This document shows, one piece after another, positions 40,511 through 50,318 of a DNA stretch of 64,000 nucleotides. The stretch comes from Campylobacteraceae bacterium (GTDB lineage Bacteria > Campylobacterota > Campylobacteria > Campylobacterales > Sulfurovaceae): the NCBI GenBank assembly GCA_027056485.1, contig JALUKQ010000187.1, forward strand, positions 35,073 to 99,072, given 5' to 3'. The notes below the pieces were generated by a model that saw nothing but the letters and a program-made list of their open reading frames with translations, was not told the DNA's origin and did not search any database. The first letter of the stretch is position 1; every line of letters begins with the position of its first letter. A program made the translations under genes and the position numbers.

Positions 40511-42063
40511 AAAAATTCTTTACGTAAAAGCCCTTTATCCACCACCTCATGATGAGAGGCTTTTAATGGAAGCTCCACTCTAAACTCTATAATAGTTGGC
40601 ACCATATAAGTAGCCAAATGTTTTTTAAGCTCAAAAATCATCTCATTGAGAGGTATTTTACTTTTAGCTGTGTAGACTAAAACAATCTCCTCTTCTATCT
40701 CCTCATTAGGGATTCCAAAGACAGCACATTGTGTAATCTCTTCTATATTACAAAGTACTACATCTTCTATCTCTTTTGGGCTGACTCTGTAGCCATTGGT
40801 TTTTATCATGTCATCCATACGACCAACAAGGTAAAGATAGCCCTCTTCATCACTATAGACATAATCACCAGTTGCTATAACTATCTCATTTGGATTTTCT
40901 ATCTCTATGACTTTTCCTAAAATAGAGATACTTTTAAAACGCTCTTTGGTACTCTCTTCAGCGTTCCAGTACCCTTGGTAGATACAACAACCCCTATGAA
41001 TAAGCTCTCCTACTTCATTGGCTTGGCACTCTTTTCCCTCTTCGTTAATAACATAAACTTCAACCTCTGGAATGGCTTTTCCTATGGAAGTAGGGCGTAT
41101 GTGTATTTGGCTTGGGTCTAGGTAGGTGCTTCTAAGGGCTTCTGTTAGACCATGCATCGAGTAGAACTTAGCAGGTTTAAAGTAATCATCGACCTTTTTA
41201 ACCATTTTAGGGGTGATGTTTCCACCAGATGAGGTGATAACTCGTACATGGTCAAGTTGTTTAGAGGTAGGTAGTCGGTGTGGGTCTTCATCGAACATTT
41301 TCCCTATGTGTACAGGCATCATAGCTAGTACAGTTACTTGGTCTTTAAGTAGATGAGCAAAAAAGTCACTAGGTAAAATAAACTTATGAAGTGCCAAGGT
41401 AGCCTGAACTTGTAAAGCACAAAATATCTGGTTGAGTCCATAGTCAAGGTTAAATGAGAGAAGTCCAGAGATAACATCACTCTCTTTAAGTTCAAGATAT
41501 TTAGAGACAACTCTTGCTCCCTCAGTTAGGCTTTTATGACTCATCATAATCCCTTTTTGAGAGCCATCAGAACCAAAACTGTAGGTAATAATTGCTGAGC
41601 TTTCAGTATCAATAGTAGTTGTAAAGTTACTATTAAAACATTTATAAATCTCTTTAAATGACACCATCTCATCATCTAAAGGTTCAAAGGTGACTACTTT
41701 GCATTTAAAGTTTATAGCCTTTATATTTTTTATTTTGGTCTTATCACTAATAATACACTCTATCCCAGCATCATTAATAATATACTCAATCTGTTCAGGT
41801 TTTAAAAATCGAGTAATAGGAACAATAATATAAGGGGTTGAGAGTAGAGCAAGTATAGCTATAACCTGCTCTGAACTCTTGTTAGAGTAGATTCCTACTC
41901 TCGCACCTGCCTCAAGGTCTAGTTGGCTAAAGTAGTTGGCTAACTGATTTACTTTTTTAAATAGCTCACTGTAAGTAAGGCTTTTTTCGTTTTCTATTAA
42001 AGCAGTTTTATTTGGACTCGTTTCATGGGCTACTTCTAATAGCTCTCGTATATTACTTGGCAT
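40507..42063 (-). CDS. AMP-binding (ANL superfamily) acyl-CoA ligase-like protein with degenerate motifs
   Basis: LSFNLDYG, HGLTEA, SIGKAIP, TGDYV, GRMDDMIKTNGYRVSP; P-loop reads YSFGSDGSQKG. Confidence 0.85.
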   Translation of the reverse strand: MPSNIRELLEVAHETSPNKTALIENEKSLTYSELFKKVNQLANYFSQLDLEAGARVGIYSNKSSEQVIAILALLSTPYIIVPITRFLKPEQIEYIINDAGIECIISDKTKIKNIKAINFKCKVVTFEPLDDEMVSFKEIYKCFNSNFTTTIDTESSAIITYSFGSDGSQKGIMMSHKSLTEGARVVSKYLELKESDVISGLLSFNLDYGLNQIFCALQVQATLALHKFILPSDFFAHLLKDQVTVLAMMPVHIGKMFDEDPHRLPTSKQLDHVRVITSSGGNITPKMVKKVDDYFKPAKFYSMHGLTEALRSTYLDPSQIHIRPTSIGKAIPEVEVYVINEEGKECQANEVGELIHRGCCIYQGYWNAEESTKERFKSISILGKVIEIENPNEIVIATGDYVYSDEEGYLYLVGRMDDMIKTNGYRVSPKEIEDVVLCNIEEITQCAVFGIPNEEIEEEIVLVYTAKSKIPLNEMIFELKKHLATYMVPTIIEFRVELPLKASHHEVVDKGLLRKEFL

Positions 42064-43246
42064 TGTATATTTCCTCTATTCCTAAAGTCCAAATTTCATA
42101 ATTTCTATCTGTTATGATATTTGGTATCTCTATATAGTTTAATATCTTTTTATAAAAGAATTTAATGATTTTATCTATGTCTTCATCACTAAGCACTTTT
42201 GAAATTCCACCAGTTAGAACAATAGAGTTTAAAATCTCTAGTTTTAGTGTAACATAATCATGATGGCTTTTAGATACTTGGTAAAGTACCAAAAAGATAG
42301 CCAGTTGCATTAGAACTACTGTTGCTTCATCGCTATGTTCATCTAAAATATGCTCATTTACACCCAAGTAGTCTAGGAGTTCATAAACAAACTCATTGCT
42401 CTTTGCTCCAAAGACTAAACTTTCACGAGATTTAAAAACACCCAACTTTTTAAAGACTAATCTATCGTAACCAGAACCTGTCATAATGTTTTTGTTCTCT
42501 ACCAAATCGGTACTGTAGTGAATATCAGTTGTTGCTCCACCCACGTCTATGACTAAAAATGGGTCAGCTACATCAAATAGGGTTTTTAGTTTAGGTAAAG
42601 CATTGTTTACAATATAAGGGGTAGAGTAAATCTGATTTGACGTGATTTCATAGAGTTTTTTAATATCCTCTTTGCCAGTAATATCTGCTTGGTACAGATT
42701 GGTAAGGTACTCTTTTAGCTCATCTTCGACCACTTGAAGCTTATCGCCAATGATATTTTTCAAAATGATTAAATCGTCAATGTGCTTATTTAAAAAATCA
42801 TGATTTTCACTATTTCCTACATATACAATATTCTGATAGTTCACATCTTTGAGGTAGTTGATAAGTTTTTTATCAAATTTTGCTTTAATACCATCTATTC
42901 CACCCACAACTATGACCACGTCTATAACATCTGTAGGTGTGTTTGCCTCTTCTATTTTGGAGTAAAGAATGGTATCTATAATATTTATACCCGAGTTAAA
43001 AGCAATATTGGTTGCATATTTTAAAGAGAAAAGAGATGTAACCCCGATAATAAGTGTACTAAGCCCACCATTAGCAGAAGAGCAGATAGATACTTCATCT
43101 TTTGTATAGTTGGCTAGAAGCTGGGAGCATTTGTTTTGTAAATCATCATAGATACTAATGTCAAAGTCTCTAAAGTGCTGGTTTATCTCACCGTTTGCAT
43201 TGGTCTTGAAGTAGGTACTTCCTATGTCTATTTGTAGTTTATTCAT
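42053..43246 (-). CDS. GlmL/MutL (glutamate mutase accessory)-like ASKHA ATPase
   Basis: DIGSTYFK, CSSANGGL, VGGIDG, DVGGATTDIH, LTGG. Confidence 0.8.
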   Translation of the reverse strand: MNKLQIDIGSTYFKTNANGEINQHFRDFDISIYDDLQNKCSQLLANYTKDEVSICSSANGGLSTLIIGVTSLFSLKYATNIAFNSGINIIDTILYSKIEEANTPTDVIDVVIVVGGIDGIKAKFDKKLINYLKDVNYQNIVYVGNSENHDFLNKHIDDLIILKNIIGDKLQVVEDELKEYLTNLYQADITGKEDIKKLYEITSNQIYSTPYIVNNALPKLKTLFDVADPFLVIDVGGATTDIHYSTDLVENKNIMTGSGYDRLVFKKLGVFKSRESLVFGAKSNEFVYELLDYLGVNEHILDEHSDEATVVLMQLAIFLVLYQVSKSHHDYVTLKLEILNSIVLTGGISKVLSDEDIDKIIKFFYKKILNYIEIPNIITDRNYEIWTLGIEEIYNAK

Positions 43247-43410
43247 TAAATTTATAACTCCAATTTAGGTGCTATTCCTTTTCTTAAAAAGTGAGGGTGA
43301 TTATATCTAAAAAATAGTAATTCATGGAATTAATTTTTGATATATTGGGCTATAAGCCAAATTCGCTATAATCACGCAAATATAATTTCAATGATAAAAA
43401 GGTATTATTT

Positions 43411-44604
43411 ATGGCAATAGCAACAGTAAATTCGGCAGAAGATTTTAAGGCATTAGTAGCAGACATAGAGGCACAAGCAGGGTATAAAAAAGCGATGGCT
43501 TTTGGTATTGCGAGAGTTGATAGAGGTCAGCAAAATGCAGAGAAGATTTTACAAGCAAATTATGGATTAATTAACTGGAATGAAAACTTTGGCTCTGCAG
43601 CAGTTTTCGTAAAAGCACTTCAAGAGTCTGGTTGTGATATAGACTTTTCAGGTACAGAATTTGTAGCAACAGTGAATGATGAATTTGTTAAAAATGCTAT
43701 GAATGCATTTGCCGTATATGCAAATGAAGCAACAGGTGATGCTCATAAAAATATTCAAGTTATTAAAGCATTAGCAACTATGGATGATTTGGCTAAAAAT
43801 TTTAGAATTACTTTCTTGTTTGAAGATGCAGCTTCACAAAGTGTTGAGGCTGTTTATTTGAAACTTTATGCACTTTCTCAAAGCAAAGCAGAGCTTAGAA
43901 AAATAAACTTAGATGGTGCATTTGGAATCCTCTCTAACGTAGCATGGTCTGGAAACACTCCATACGAGTTAGAGTACCTTAGAGATAACGAAATAGAGAT
44001 GAAACTTAACGGTACTTTCCCTGTAATTGACTCAGTAGATAAGTTCCCAAGATACTTACAGCATATTATCCCTGCTGATAATACAAGAATCTTAGAAGCT
44101 TCAAAAGTAAGAATGGGAGCTCAACTAGCAGCTGGAACAACGGTTATGCCAGGTGCATCGTACATTAACTTTAACGCAGGAACACTTGGACCAGTTATGG
44201 TTGAAGGTAGAATTTCAAGTTCAGCTATTGTTGGTTCTGGTTCAGATGTTGGTGGTGGAGCTAGTATCCTAGGTGTTCTAAGTGGTACAGATGGTAACCC
44301 TATCTCTATAGGTGAAAATACTCTTTTAGGTGCTAACTCAACTTGTGGTATTCCTCTAGGTGATGCGTGCATTATCGACGGTGGTGTGGCTATTTTTGCT
44401 GGAACAAAAGTAAAAATTGCTCCTGAGCAGTTGGCACTTATAAACGAAGCAAACCCAGAGGCAAATTTGGACACTAAAACAACATTTAGAGCCGATGAAC
44501 TTCAAGGCTTAAACGGTCTTCACTTTAGACAAAACTCTACAACGGGTGAGATTATAGTTCGTAGAAGTACAAGAGAAGTGAAGCTTAACGCTGACCTTCA
44601 CTAA
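43411..44604 (+). CDS. dapD: Tetrahydrodipicolinate N-succinyltransferase (epsilonproteobacterial type)
   Basis: VDKFPRYL, YINFNAGT, MVEGRISS, GVLSG, terminal LNADLH. Confidence 0.95.
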   Translation: MAIATVNSAEDFKALVADIEAQAGYKKAMAFGIARVDRGQQNAEKILQANYGLINWNENFGSAAVFVKALQESGCDIDFSGTEFVATVNDEFVKNAMNAFAVYANEATGDAHKNIQVIKALATMDDLAKNFRITFLFEDAASQSVEAVYLKLYALSQSKAELRKINLDGAFGILSNVAWSGNTPYELEYLRDNEIEMKLNGTFPVIDSVDKFPRYLQHIIPADNTRILEASKVRMGAQLAAGTTVMPGASYINFNAGTLGPVMVEGRISSSAIVGSGSDVGGGASILGVLSGTDGNPISIGENTLLGANSTCGIPLGDACIIDGGVAIFAGTKVKIAPEQLALINEANPEANLDTKTTFRADELQGLNGLHFRQNSTTGEIIVRRSTREVKLNADLH

Positions 44605-44613
44605 GGGCTTAGT

Positions 44614-44853
44614 ATGGCAGAGTTAGACATCATTAAACGTGTCTTCCTCTTGGCAGTTTCCAAGAGAGAAGAGGGTGAGAGTATGAAAGATACTTTGGAG
44701 AGTTTAGTCAATACAGGTATGTTTGAGCATGGTATGAAAGAAGCAAAACAGACACTTGCTGAGCTTAGAGAGGCGAACTATATCGTTGGTGATAACCTCT
44801 CCATGATGGGTGTCATGGAAGCAAACAAAGCAGAAAAAGAGTTTAAACAATAA
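44614..44853 (+). CDS. Hypothetical protein
   Basis: In the operon; overlaps the next start codon (TAATG). Confidence 0.7.
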   Translation: MAELDIIKRVFLLAVSKREEGESMKDTLESLVNTGMFEHGMKEAKQTLAELREANYIVGDNLSMMGVMEANKAEKEFKQ

Positions 44854-45098
44854 TGCGAGTAGATAAATGGTTAGCAGCCGTAAATGTAATAAAACGACGT
44901 ACTATTGCTTCAGACATGGTAAAGAGTGGGGTTGTGTTTATTAACGGTTTAAAAGCAAAAGCTAGTAAAAATGTTGTAATAGGCGATAAAATTACCATTG
45001 AGTACCTAAAAGGTGCTAAAAATTATGAGGTATTACAAATACCAACAACAAAAACTATTCCCAAAAGTAAAAAAGAGGAATACGTTAAAGAATTGTAG
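44853..45098 (+). CDS. S4 domain RNA-binding protein (RqcP/Hsp15-like)
   Basis: MRVDKWL...KRRTIA, VFING. Confidence 0.9.
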   Translation: MRVDKWLAAVNVIKRRTIASDMVKSGVVFINGLKAKASKNVVIGDKITIEYLKGAKNYEVLQIPTTKTIPKSKKEEYVKEL

Positions 45099-45125
45099 GG
45101 TGTAGTTCTTGACTACACCATCAAA
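45095..45125 (+). repeat. Single GTAG REP
   Basis: GTAG-GGTGTAGT-TCTTG-ACTACACC-ATCAAA. Confidence 0.78.
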
Positions 45126-45161
45126 TAATATTTAGCTATAATAAACAGAAATTATTTATTA

Positions 45162-46154
45162 TTGGAGAATCTCATGAGTGATGTAAAATCAAAATTTGAA
45201 AAACTATTTAACAACGAACTCTCAATAGAAGATGCACGTGCTTTTTTGGTTGAGCTTTATGAAAAGGGTGAAACAGCTGAAGATATTGCCATAGCAGCTT
45301 CGGTAATGCGTGAACACTCTGTAAAACTTCCTATCTCAAAAGAGTTACAAGACAAAGCTATAGATGTGGTAGGAACAGGTGGTGATAAGAGTGGAAGTTT
45401 TAATATCTCTACTACAGTATCACTTCTTTTAGCCTCTTTAGGCTCAGTAGTAGCAAAACATGGGAACAGAAGTATTACATCTAACTCAGGTTCAGCTGAT
45501 GTTTTAGAGTCACTGGGGGTTAACCTCAATCTAACACCAGAACAACAGGTGAAGATGTTAGAAAAGACAGGTTTTTGTTTTATTTTTGCGATGAACCATC
45601 ACCCTGCTATGAAGCATATTATGCCAATTCGTAAGTCGATTGACCATCGGACTATATTTAATATTTTAGGACCTTTGACCAATCCTGCTGGAGCAAAAAA
45701 GTACCTACTTGGTGTATTTGAGCCAGCCTATATAGAACGTATGGCAAAAGCTTTGTTAGAGTTAGATGTTAAAAGAGCCTATGTAGTCAGTTCTAATGAT
45801 GGTATGGATGAGATATCATTAGCAACTACTACACCTTTTGCTTATGTGGAGCATGGGATTGTCTCTCAAGGAGAAATAAACCCTGAAGCATTTGGATTTA
45901 AGATGGCTCCTAAAGAGGAGATCCTGGGTGGGACAGCTGATGAGAATGCTCAAATAACACGTGATATTTTTTCTGGTAAAGAGCAGGGTGCTAAAAAGGA
46001 TATTGTAGTACTTAATGCAGCTTTTGCTCTTTTTGTCGATGGAAAAGCTGTTGATATGAAAGAGGCTATTGTAACCATAAATCAAGCCATAGAGAGTGGA
46101 AAGGTACTCAAACATTTAGAGTATATCGCAGAAGTTTCAAATAGTTTTGCGTAG
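45162..46154 (+). CDS. trpD: Anthranilate phosphoribosyltransferase (start possibly ATG 45174)
   Basis: DVVGTGGD, FNIST, KHGNRS, FNILGPLTNP. Confidence 0.97.
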   Translation: MENLMSDVKSKFEKLFNNELSIEDARAFLVELYEKGETAEDIAIAASVMREHSVKLPISKELQDKAIDVVGTGGDKSGSFNISTTVSLLLASLGSVVAKHGNRSITSNSGSADVLESLGVNLNLTPEQQVKMLEKTGFCFIFAMNHHPAMKHIMPIRKSIDHRTIFNILGPLTNPAGAKKYLLGVFEPAYIERMAKALLELDVKRAYVVSSNDGMDEISLATTTPFAYVEHGIVSQGEINPEAFGFKMAPKEEILGGTADENAQITRDIFSGKEQGAKKDIVVLNAAFALFVDGKAVDMKEAIVTINQAIESGKVLKHLEYIAEVSNSFA

Positions 46155-46247
46155 GGTGTAGTCCCCGACTACACCGTCAAAATAAAGCAAAAATTTATAA
46201 TACAAAAAAATATGATAACACGGTGTAGTCGTGGGATTACGCCCAAC
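46151..46247. repeat. REPIN (inverted pair of GTAG REPs, second arm degenerate)
   Basis: GTAGGGTGTAGTCCCCGACTACACCGT...ACGGTGTAGTCGTGGGATTACGCCCAAC. Confidence 0.78.
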
Positions 46248-46256
46248 AGGAAAAAA

Positions 46257-46673
46257 ATGAAAGAGATAATTGCATCAGAAGATGAATTGAATAGTGTTGT
46301 TGAGTATTTAAATGAAACGATTTCAAAAGATGCTATAGTATTTTTAACAGGAAATCTTGCAGCAGGGAAGACTACCTTAACCAAAGCTATTGCTAAAGCT
46401 AAAGGTATAGAGAGTGAAGTTACATCACCAACTTTTTCCCTGCAACAGTGTTATGATAAAAATCTGTTTCATTATGACTTATATAGAATTGAAAATGAAG
46501 AGTTTATGGAGCTTGGACTTTTTGAAGAGTTTGACAGAGATGGTTGGCATATGATAGAGTGGGGTGATGATAGGCTTAAGAAATTTTTGATTGAGGCTGG
46601 ATATAATATTTTTACTGTAACCATTACACCTTTTGAAGATAAAAGAAAATATATAATAGAGAAAAATTCATGA
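46257..46673 (+). CDS. tsaE: tRNA threonylcarbamoyladenosine biosynthesis ATPase
   Basis: GNLAAGKTT, VTSPTF, HYDLYR, IEWG; ATG 46257 preferred because the ORF-track start lies inside the REPIN. Confidence 0.94.
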   Translation: MKEIIASEDELNSVVEYLNETISKDAIVFLTGNLAAGKTTLTKAIAKAKGIESEVTSPTFSLQQCYDKNLFHYDLYRIENEEFMELGLFEEFDRDGWHMIEWGDDRLKKFLIEAGYNIFTVTITPFEDKRKYIIEKNS

Positions 46674-47404
46674 AACATACTACACATACTTTAGAATCTA
46701 AAAACTTATCTAAAACCATTAAAAAAACAACCATAGTACACGATATATCTGTAAAAGTCTCTTCACGAGAGATTGTTGGTCTACTAGGACCAAATGGAGC
46801 TGGTAAAACAACCTCTTTTTATATGATATGTGGTTTAACCGATGTCACAAGTGGCTCGGTTTATATAGATGGTGAAGATGTAACAAAAATGCCACTTAGT
46901 ATACGTGCAAAGATGGGAATAGGCTATCTGCCTCAAGAGTCAAGTATATTTAAAGATCTCTCTGTAGAAGATAACCTTTTTATGGCTGCTGAAGCAATGA
47001 AAATAGATAGTAAAGAGGCTGAAAATCGTATAGAAGATTTGCTTTCTCTCTTTAATATAGAACCAATTCGTAAACGTTTAGGAATTCAACTTTCAGGTGG
47101 AGAGAGAAGACGAGTAGAGATAGCAAGAGCTTTAGTAGCAAAGCCAAAATTTTTACTTTTAGATGAACCTTTTGCTGGTGTAGATCCAATAGCTGTTGAA
47201 GATATACAAGGAATTGTACGTGAGCTTATTAAACTAGATATGGGTGTTTTGATTACTGATCATAATGTTCGTGAAACATTAGGTATATGTGATAGAGCAT
47301 ATGTGATGAGGTCTGGTGAAATGTTATCAACAGGAACGAGTGAAGAGATTAAAAAAGATCCAAATGTTATTAAGTACTATTTGGGTGAAAATTTTCATTT
47401 CTAG
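46670..47404 (+). CDS. lptB: LPS export ABC transporter ATP-binding protein
   Basis: GPNGAGKTT, YLPQE, LSGGERRR, DEPFAGVDP, ITDHNV. Confidence 0.95.
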   Translation: MKHTTHTLESKNLSKTIKKTTIVHDISVKVSSREIVGLLGPNGAGKTTSFYMICGLTDVTSGSVYIDGEDVTKMPLSIRAKMGIGYLPQESSIFKDLSVEDNLFMAAEAMKIDSKEAENRIEDLLSLFNIEPIRKRLGIQLSGGERRRVEIARALVAKPKFLLLDEPFAGVDPIAVEDIQGIVRELIKLDMGVLITDHNVRETLGICDRAYVMRSGEMLSTGTSEEIKKDPNVIKYYLGENFHF

Positions 47405-47571
47405 AGATGAGCAAGTGTGGGTAGATACTTAAGTATGTCACTAAAATACTCAAACTCTCTCTTATATTTCTCTCTTTAAGAATTAATCTCTAATTATCAT
47501 AAGCATAACGAAAAACTAAGCCTTTCTAAGCTATAATCCGACCAAATTATTTATTAACATAGGATGGATAT

Positions 47572-48246
47572 ATGGAAGGTGTATGGACTTTTTTAGGTGT
47601 CTTTGTTGGACACGGAACAGGAATGGTTGTTGCTCATTTACTTTTAGCAGCAGGGCTTATTCTTTTATTGGCTAAGTATGCGTCATCAACAATGAGAGCA
47701 GTACCATCAGGTGCTCAAAACTTTATGGAAGCATTTATTGAAGGTGCTATCTCTATGGGTAAAGACACTATTGGAGAAGAGAAAGCAAGAAAGTATTTAC
47801 CACTTGTTTTAACAGTTGGTCTTTTTGTATTGATTTCAAACCTTATTGGTATTATTCCAGGTTTTGAATCTCCAACATCAAATATTAATGTAACTTTACC
47901 ATTGGCTTTGGTTGTATTTATTTACTACAACTACGAAGGTATTAGAGTAAATGGCGTTAAGAAATACTTCGCACACTTTATGGGACCAGTACCTATACTT
48001 GCTCCATTAATGTTCCCAATTGAAATTGTTTCTCATATTTCAAGAATTATCTCATTATCATTCAGACTTTTTGGTAACATTAAAGGTGATGACCTTTTCT
48101 TATGGGTACTTTTAATGTTGGTTCCTTTCTTTGCTCCATTACCAGCATACTTGTTGTTAACATTCTCAGCACTGTTACAAACATTTGTATTTATGATTCT
48201 TATCTACGTATACCTTGCAGGTGCCGTAGCTATAGAAGACCACTAG
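47572..48246 (+). CDS. atpB: F0F1 ATP synthase subunit a
   Basis: [19 protein letters not shown]; stand-alone as in Campylobacterota. Confidence 0.96.
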   Translation: MEGVWTFLGVFVGHGTGMVVAHLLLAAGLILLLAKYASSTMRAVPSGAQNFMEAFIEGAISMGKDTIGEEKARKYLPLVLTVGLFVLISNLIGIIPGFESPTSNINVTLPLALVVFIYYNYEGIRVNGVKKYFAHFMGPVPILAPLMFPIEIVSHISRIISLSFRLFGNIKGDDLFLWVLLMLVPFFAPLPAYLLLTFSALLQTFVFMILIYVYLAGAVAIEDH

Positions 48247-48263
48247 GTCTTAAAACTTAGTTA

Positions 48264-48551
48264 TTGGTAAAAGGTATTAAAGTTCATATGAGACTCTCTT
48301 CACCTATTTTATCATTACTTATAAACATTTTATTAGGTGCATCTTGGGCTTTTGCTCTTTTAGGTGCATTTACTCTCTTTTTCCTTTTTATTCATGTAGG
48401 TTTTTTCTATTCATTTGTTGGTTCTTTCTTGGGTGCATTACCTGGACTTTTTATGGTACTTCTAATTGAGTATTTTTTAATGAGAGAAGAGAAACTAAAT
48501 GAGTTAAAGAAACAGACCAAACTTCTTGAAGAGCTTGTAAGTAAATCGTAA
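48264..48551 (+). CDS. Small membrane protein (start probably ATG 48288)
   Basis: Hydrophobic segments and a C-terminal coil. Confidence 0.7.
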   Translation: MVKGIKVHMRLSSPILSLLINILLGASWAFALLGAFTLFFLFIHVGFFYSFVGSFLGALPGLFMVLLIEYFLMREEKLNELKKQTKLLEELVSKS

Positions 48552-49090
48552 TGATTGCTTACGCTATCACAGACCCCTCAACTTTAAATTTTAATACATT
48601 AGAAAGAGATATAGAATGCTTTTCCAAAAAAGCAGATATGATTGTATATAGAGATAAACATAATGACAACTATATAAATGATGCTGAAGAATTTATAGAA
48701 AAAGCTATAAAATACTCTTTTGATAAAATACTTTTACATACAGATTATAAATTAGCTAATAAATTAAAAGCAGACGGTGTGCATTTGAAGTCCACACAGT
48801 TTGCTGATATAGTTAAAGCTAAGGCTTTAAGTTTATTTGTTGTCATTAGTACACACACTATAGAAGAAGCTCTTCAAGCTCAAAAGCTAGGTGCAGATAT
48901 GATCACATTTAGTCCTATATTTAGTACACCTAATAAGGGTGAATCAAAAGGGCTAGAAGAGCTTGAAAATTTGATAACAAAGATCTCTATACCAGTTATA
49001 GCTTTAGGTGGAATTATTACCAAAGAGCAGATTGATTTGTGTGAAAGTGTAGGAGCTTTTGGTTTTGCCTCTATACGATATTTTGCATAG
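48551..49090 (+). CDS. Thiamine phosphate synthase/TenI family protein
   Basis: ADGVHL, ISTH, FSPIFSTPNK, IALGGI. Confidence 0.85.
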   Translation: MIAYAITDPSTLNFNTLERDIECFSKKADMIVYRDKHNDNYINDAEEFIEKAIKYSFDKILLHTDYKLANKLKADGVHLKSTQFADIVKAKALSLFVVISTHTIEEALQAQKLGADMITFSPIFSTPNKGESKGLEELENLITKISIPVIALGGIITKEQIDLCESVGAFGFASIRYFA

Positions 49091-49099
49091 AGATATTTA

Positions 49100-50272
49100 T
49101 TAACTTACAATTATCTCTAAAATTTTTGAAACACCTAAGCCCATAAATGTACCTATTATATAGCCCATCATTGCCATAAGAACACCTATAGGGATGAGTG
49201 CTTTGTTGTAGGCACCAGCTAAAATAGGTGCTGAAGCTACACCTCCTATATTGGCAAGTGAAGCAACCCCTAGTGAAAATAAATCTAATTTAAAGAGCTT
49301 GGCAAAAGCAATCATAAATAGAGCATGAATAGCAATAATCATAAAGCCAGCCATAATATAAAGTGGAGCCTCAGTAAGTTCTGAAAAATTGGCTCGTGAG
49401 GCAATAAGTGCAACGATAAGATAAAGCATGATATTGGCAAGTGGTGCAGCCGAGCTTTCTTTACTTAGTGGAGTCATACCTACCAAAATACCTGAGAAAG
49501 TTGCAAATATGACTATCCATGTGGTTTTGGTTAAAAAACTTGTGGTAGGAAAAAGGGGAGCTATTTGTTGGGCTACAACTGAAACCATGAGAGCCAAACC
49601 TAAGAGCATAAAGAGGCTTGGAAAGTTTATATTTTGCTTCTCTTTTACTGTATCTAATTTAGAGCCTAGTTCTTCTAAAATAGTTCCATCTGCTTTTGTC
49701 CAGTTATTAAACTGCTTAGCAAAAGGAACTAATGCAAGTAGTATCATAACCCATATAGCGTAGTCTATAGAATCAATAAGTAGAACATAGCCCATTTTAG
49801 AGTCAGGCAGTTCGAGTGCTGATTGAATGGCAACCATATTACCTGTACCACCCATCCATGAACCACTTAACGCTCCAAAAGCTCTCCATGCATCAGGTTC
49901 AAAGAGCTTTTGAAGTAGAGCAAACATCATAATAAACCCTAAAGAGATACTAATGGAAGCTAAAAAAAATGTCAGTAAAATTTTTTTCCCAAGCTTTAAA
50001 ATTTTTCGTATGTCACTTTGAAGAAGCATTAGGAAAATCATAGCAGGTAAGAGATTTGATTTAAATGCTTTATATGTATGGTTAATCTCATCTGTTTTTT
50101 CCCAAACACCTAAGCTAGAAAGTGACATAACTGTAAAATAGAGTATAACTATAGGAGGTAGATATTCAAAAAAATTGGCTTTTGTTTTTGCTTCGCTATA
50201 GACTAGTATAGAAGCGATAAACATTAAAATAGTAAGGTAAAAAAAGGATGTTGTAATCATTTGAAATTCCAT
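49100..50272 (-). CDS. DUF819 family membrane protein
   Basis: GSWMGGTGN, SLANIGG, multiple TM segments. Confidence 0.88.
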   Translation of the reverse strand: MEFQMITTSFFYLTILMFIASILVYSEAKTKANFFEYLPPIVILYFTVMSLSSLGVWEKTDEINHTYKAFKSNLLPAMIFLMLLQSDIRKILKLGKKILLTFFLASISISLGFIMMFALLQKLFEPDAWRAFGALSGSWMGGTGNMVAIQSALELPDSKMGYVLLIDSIDYAIWVMILLALVPFAKQFNNWTKADGTILEELGSKLDTVKEKQNINFPSLFMLLGLALMVSVVAQQIAPLFPTTSFLTKTTWIVIFATFSGILVGMTPLSKESSAAPLANIMLYLIVALIASRANFSELTEAPLYIMAGFMIIAIHALFMIAFAKLFKLDLFSLGVASLANIGGVASAPILAGAYNKALIPIGVLMAMMGYIIGTFMGLGVSKILEIIVS

Positions 50273-50318
50273 ATTATAATATGTGTAATTATATCAGAAA
50301 CTCTTTTCTTAATCTTTT

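Noticed and set aside
46212-46256. N-terminal extension of TsaE
   Set aside because: It is a translation of the REPIN arm; ATG 46257 has an AGGA RBS
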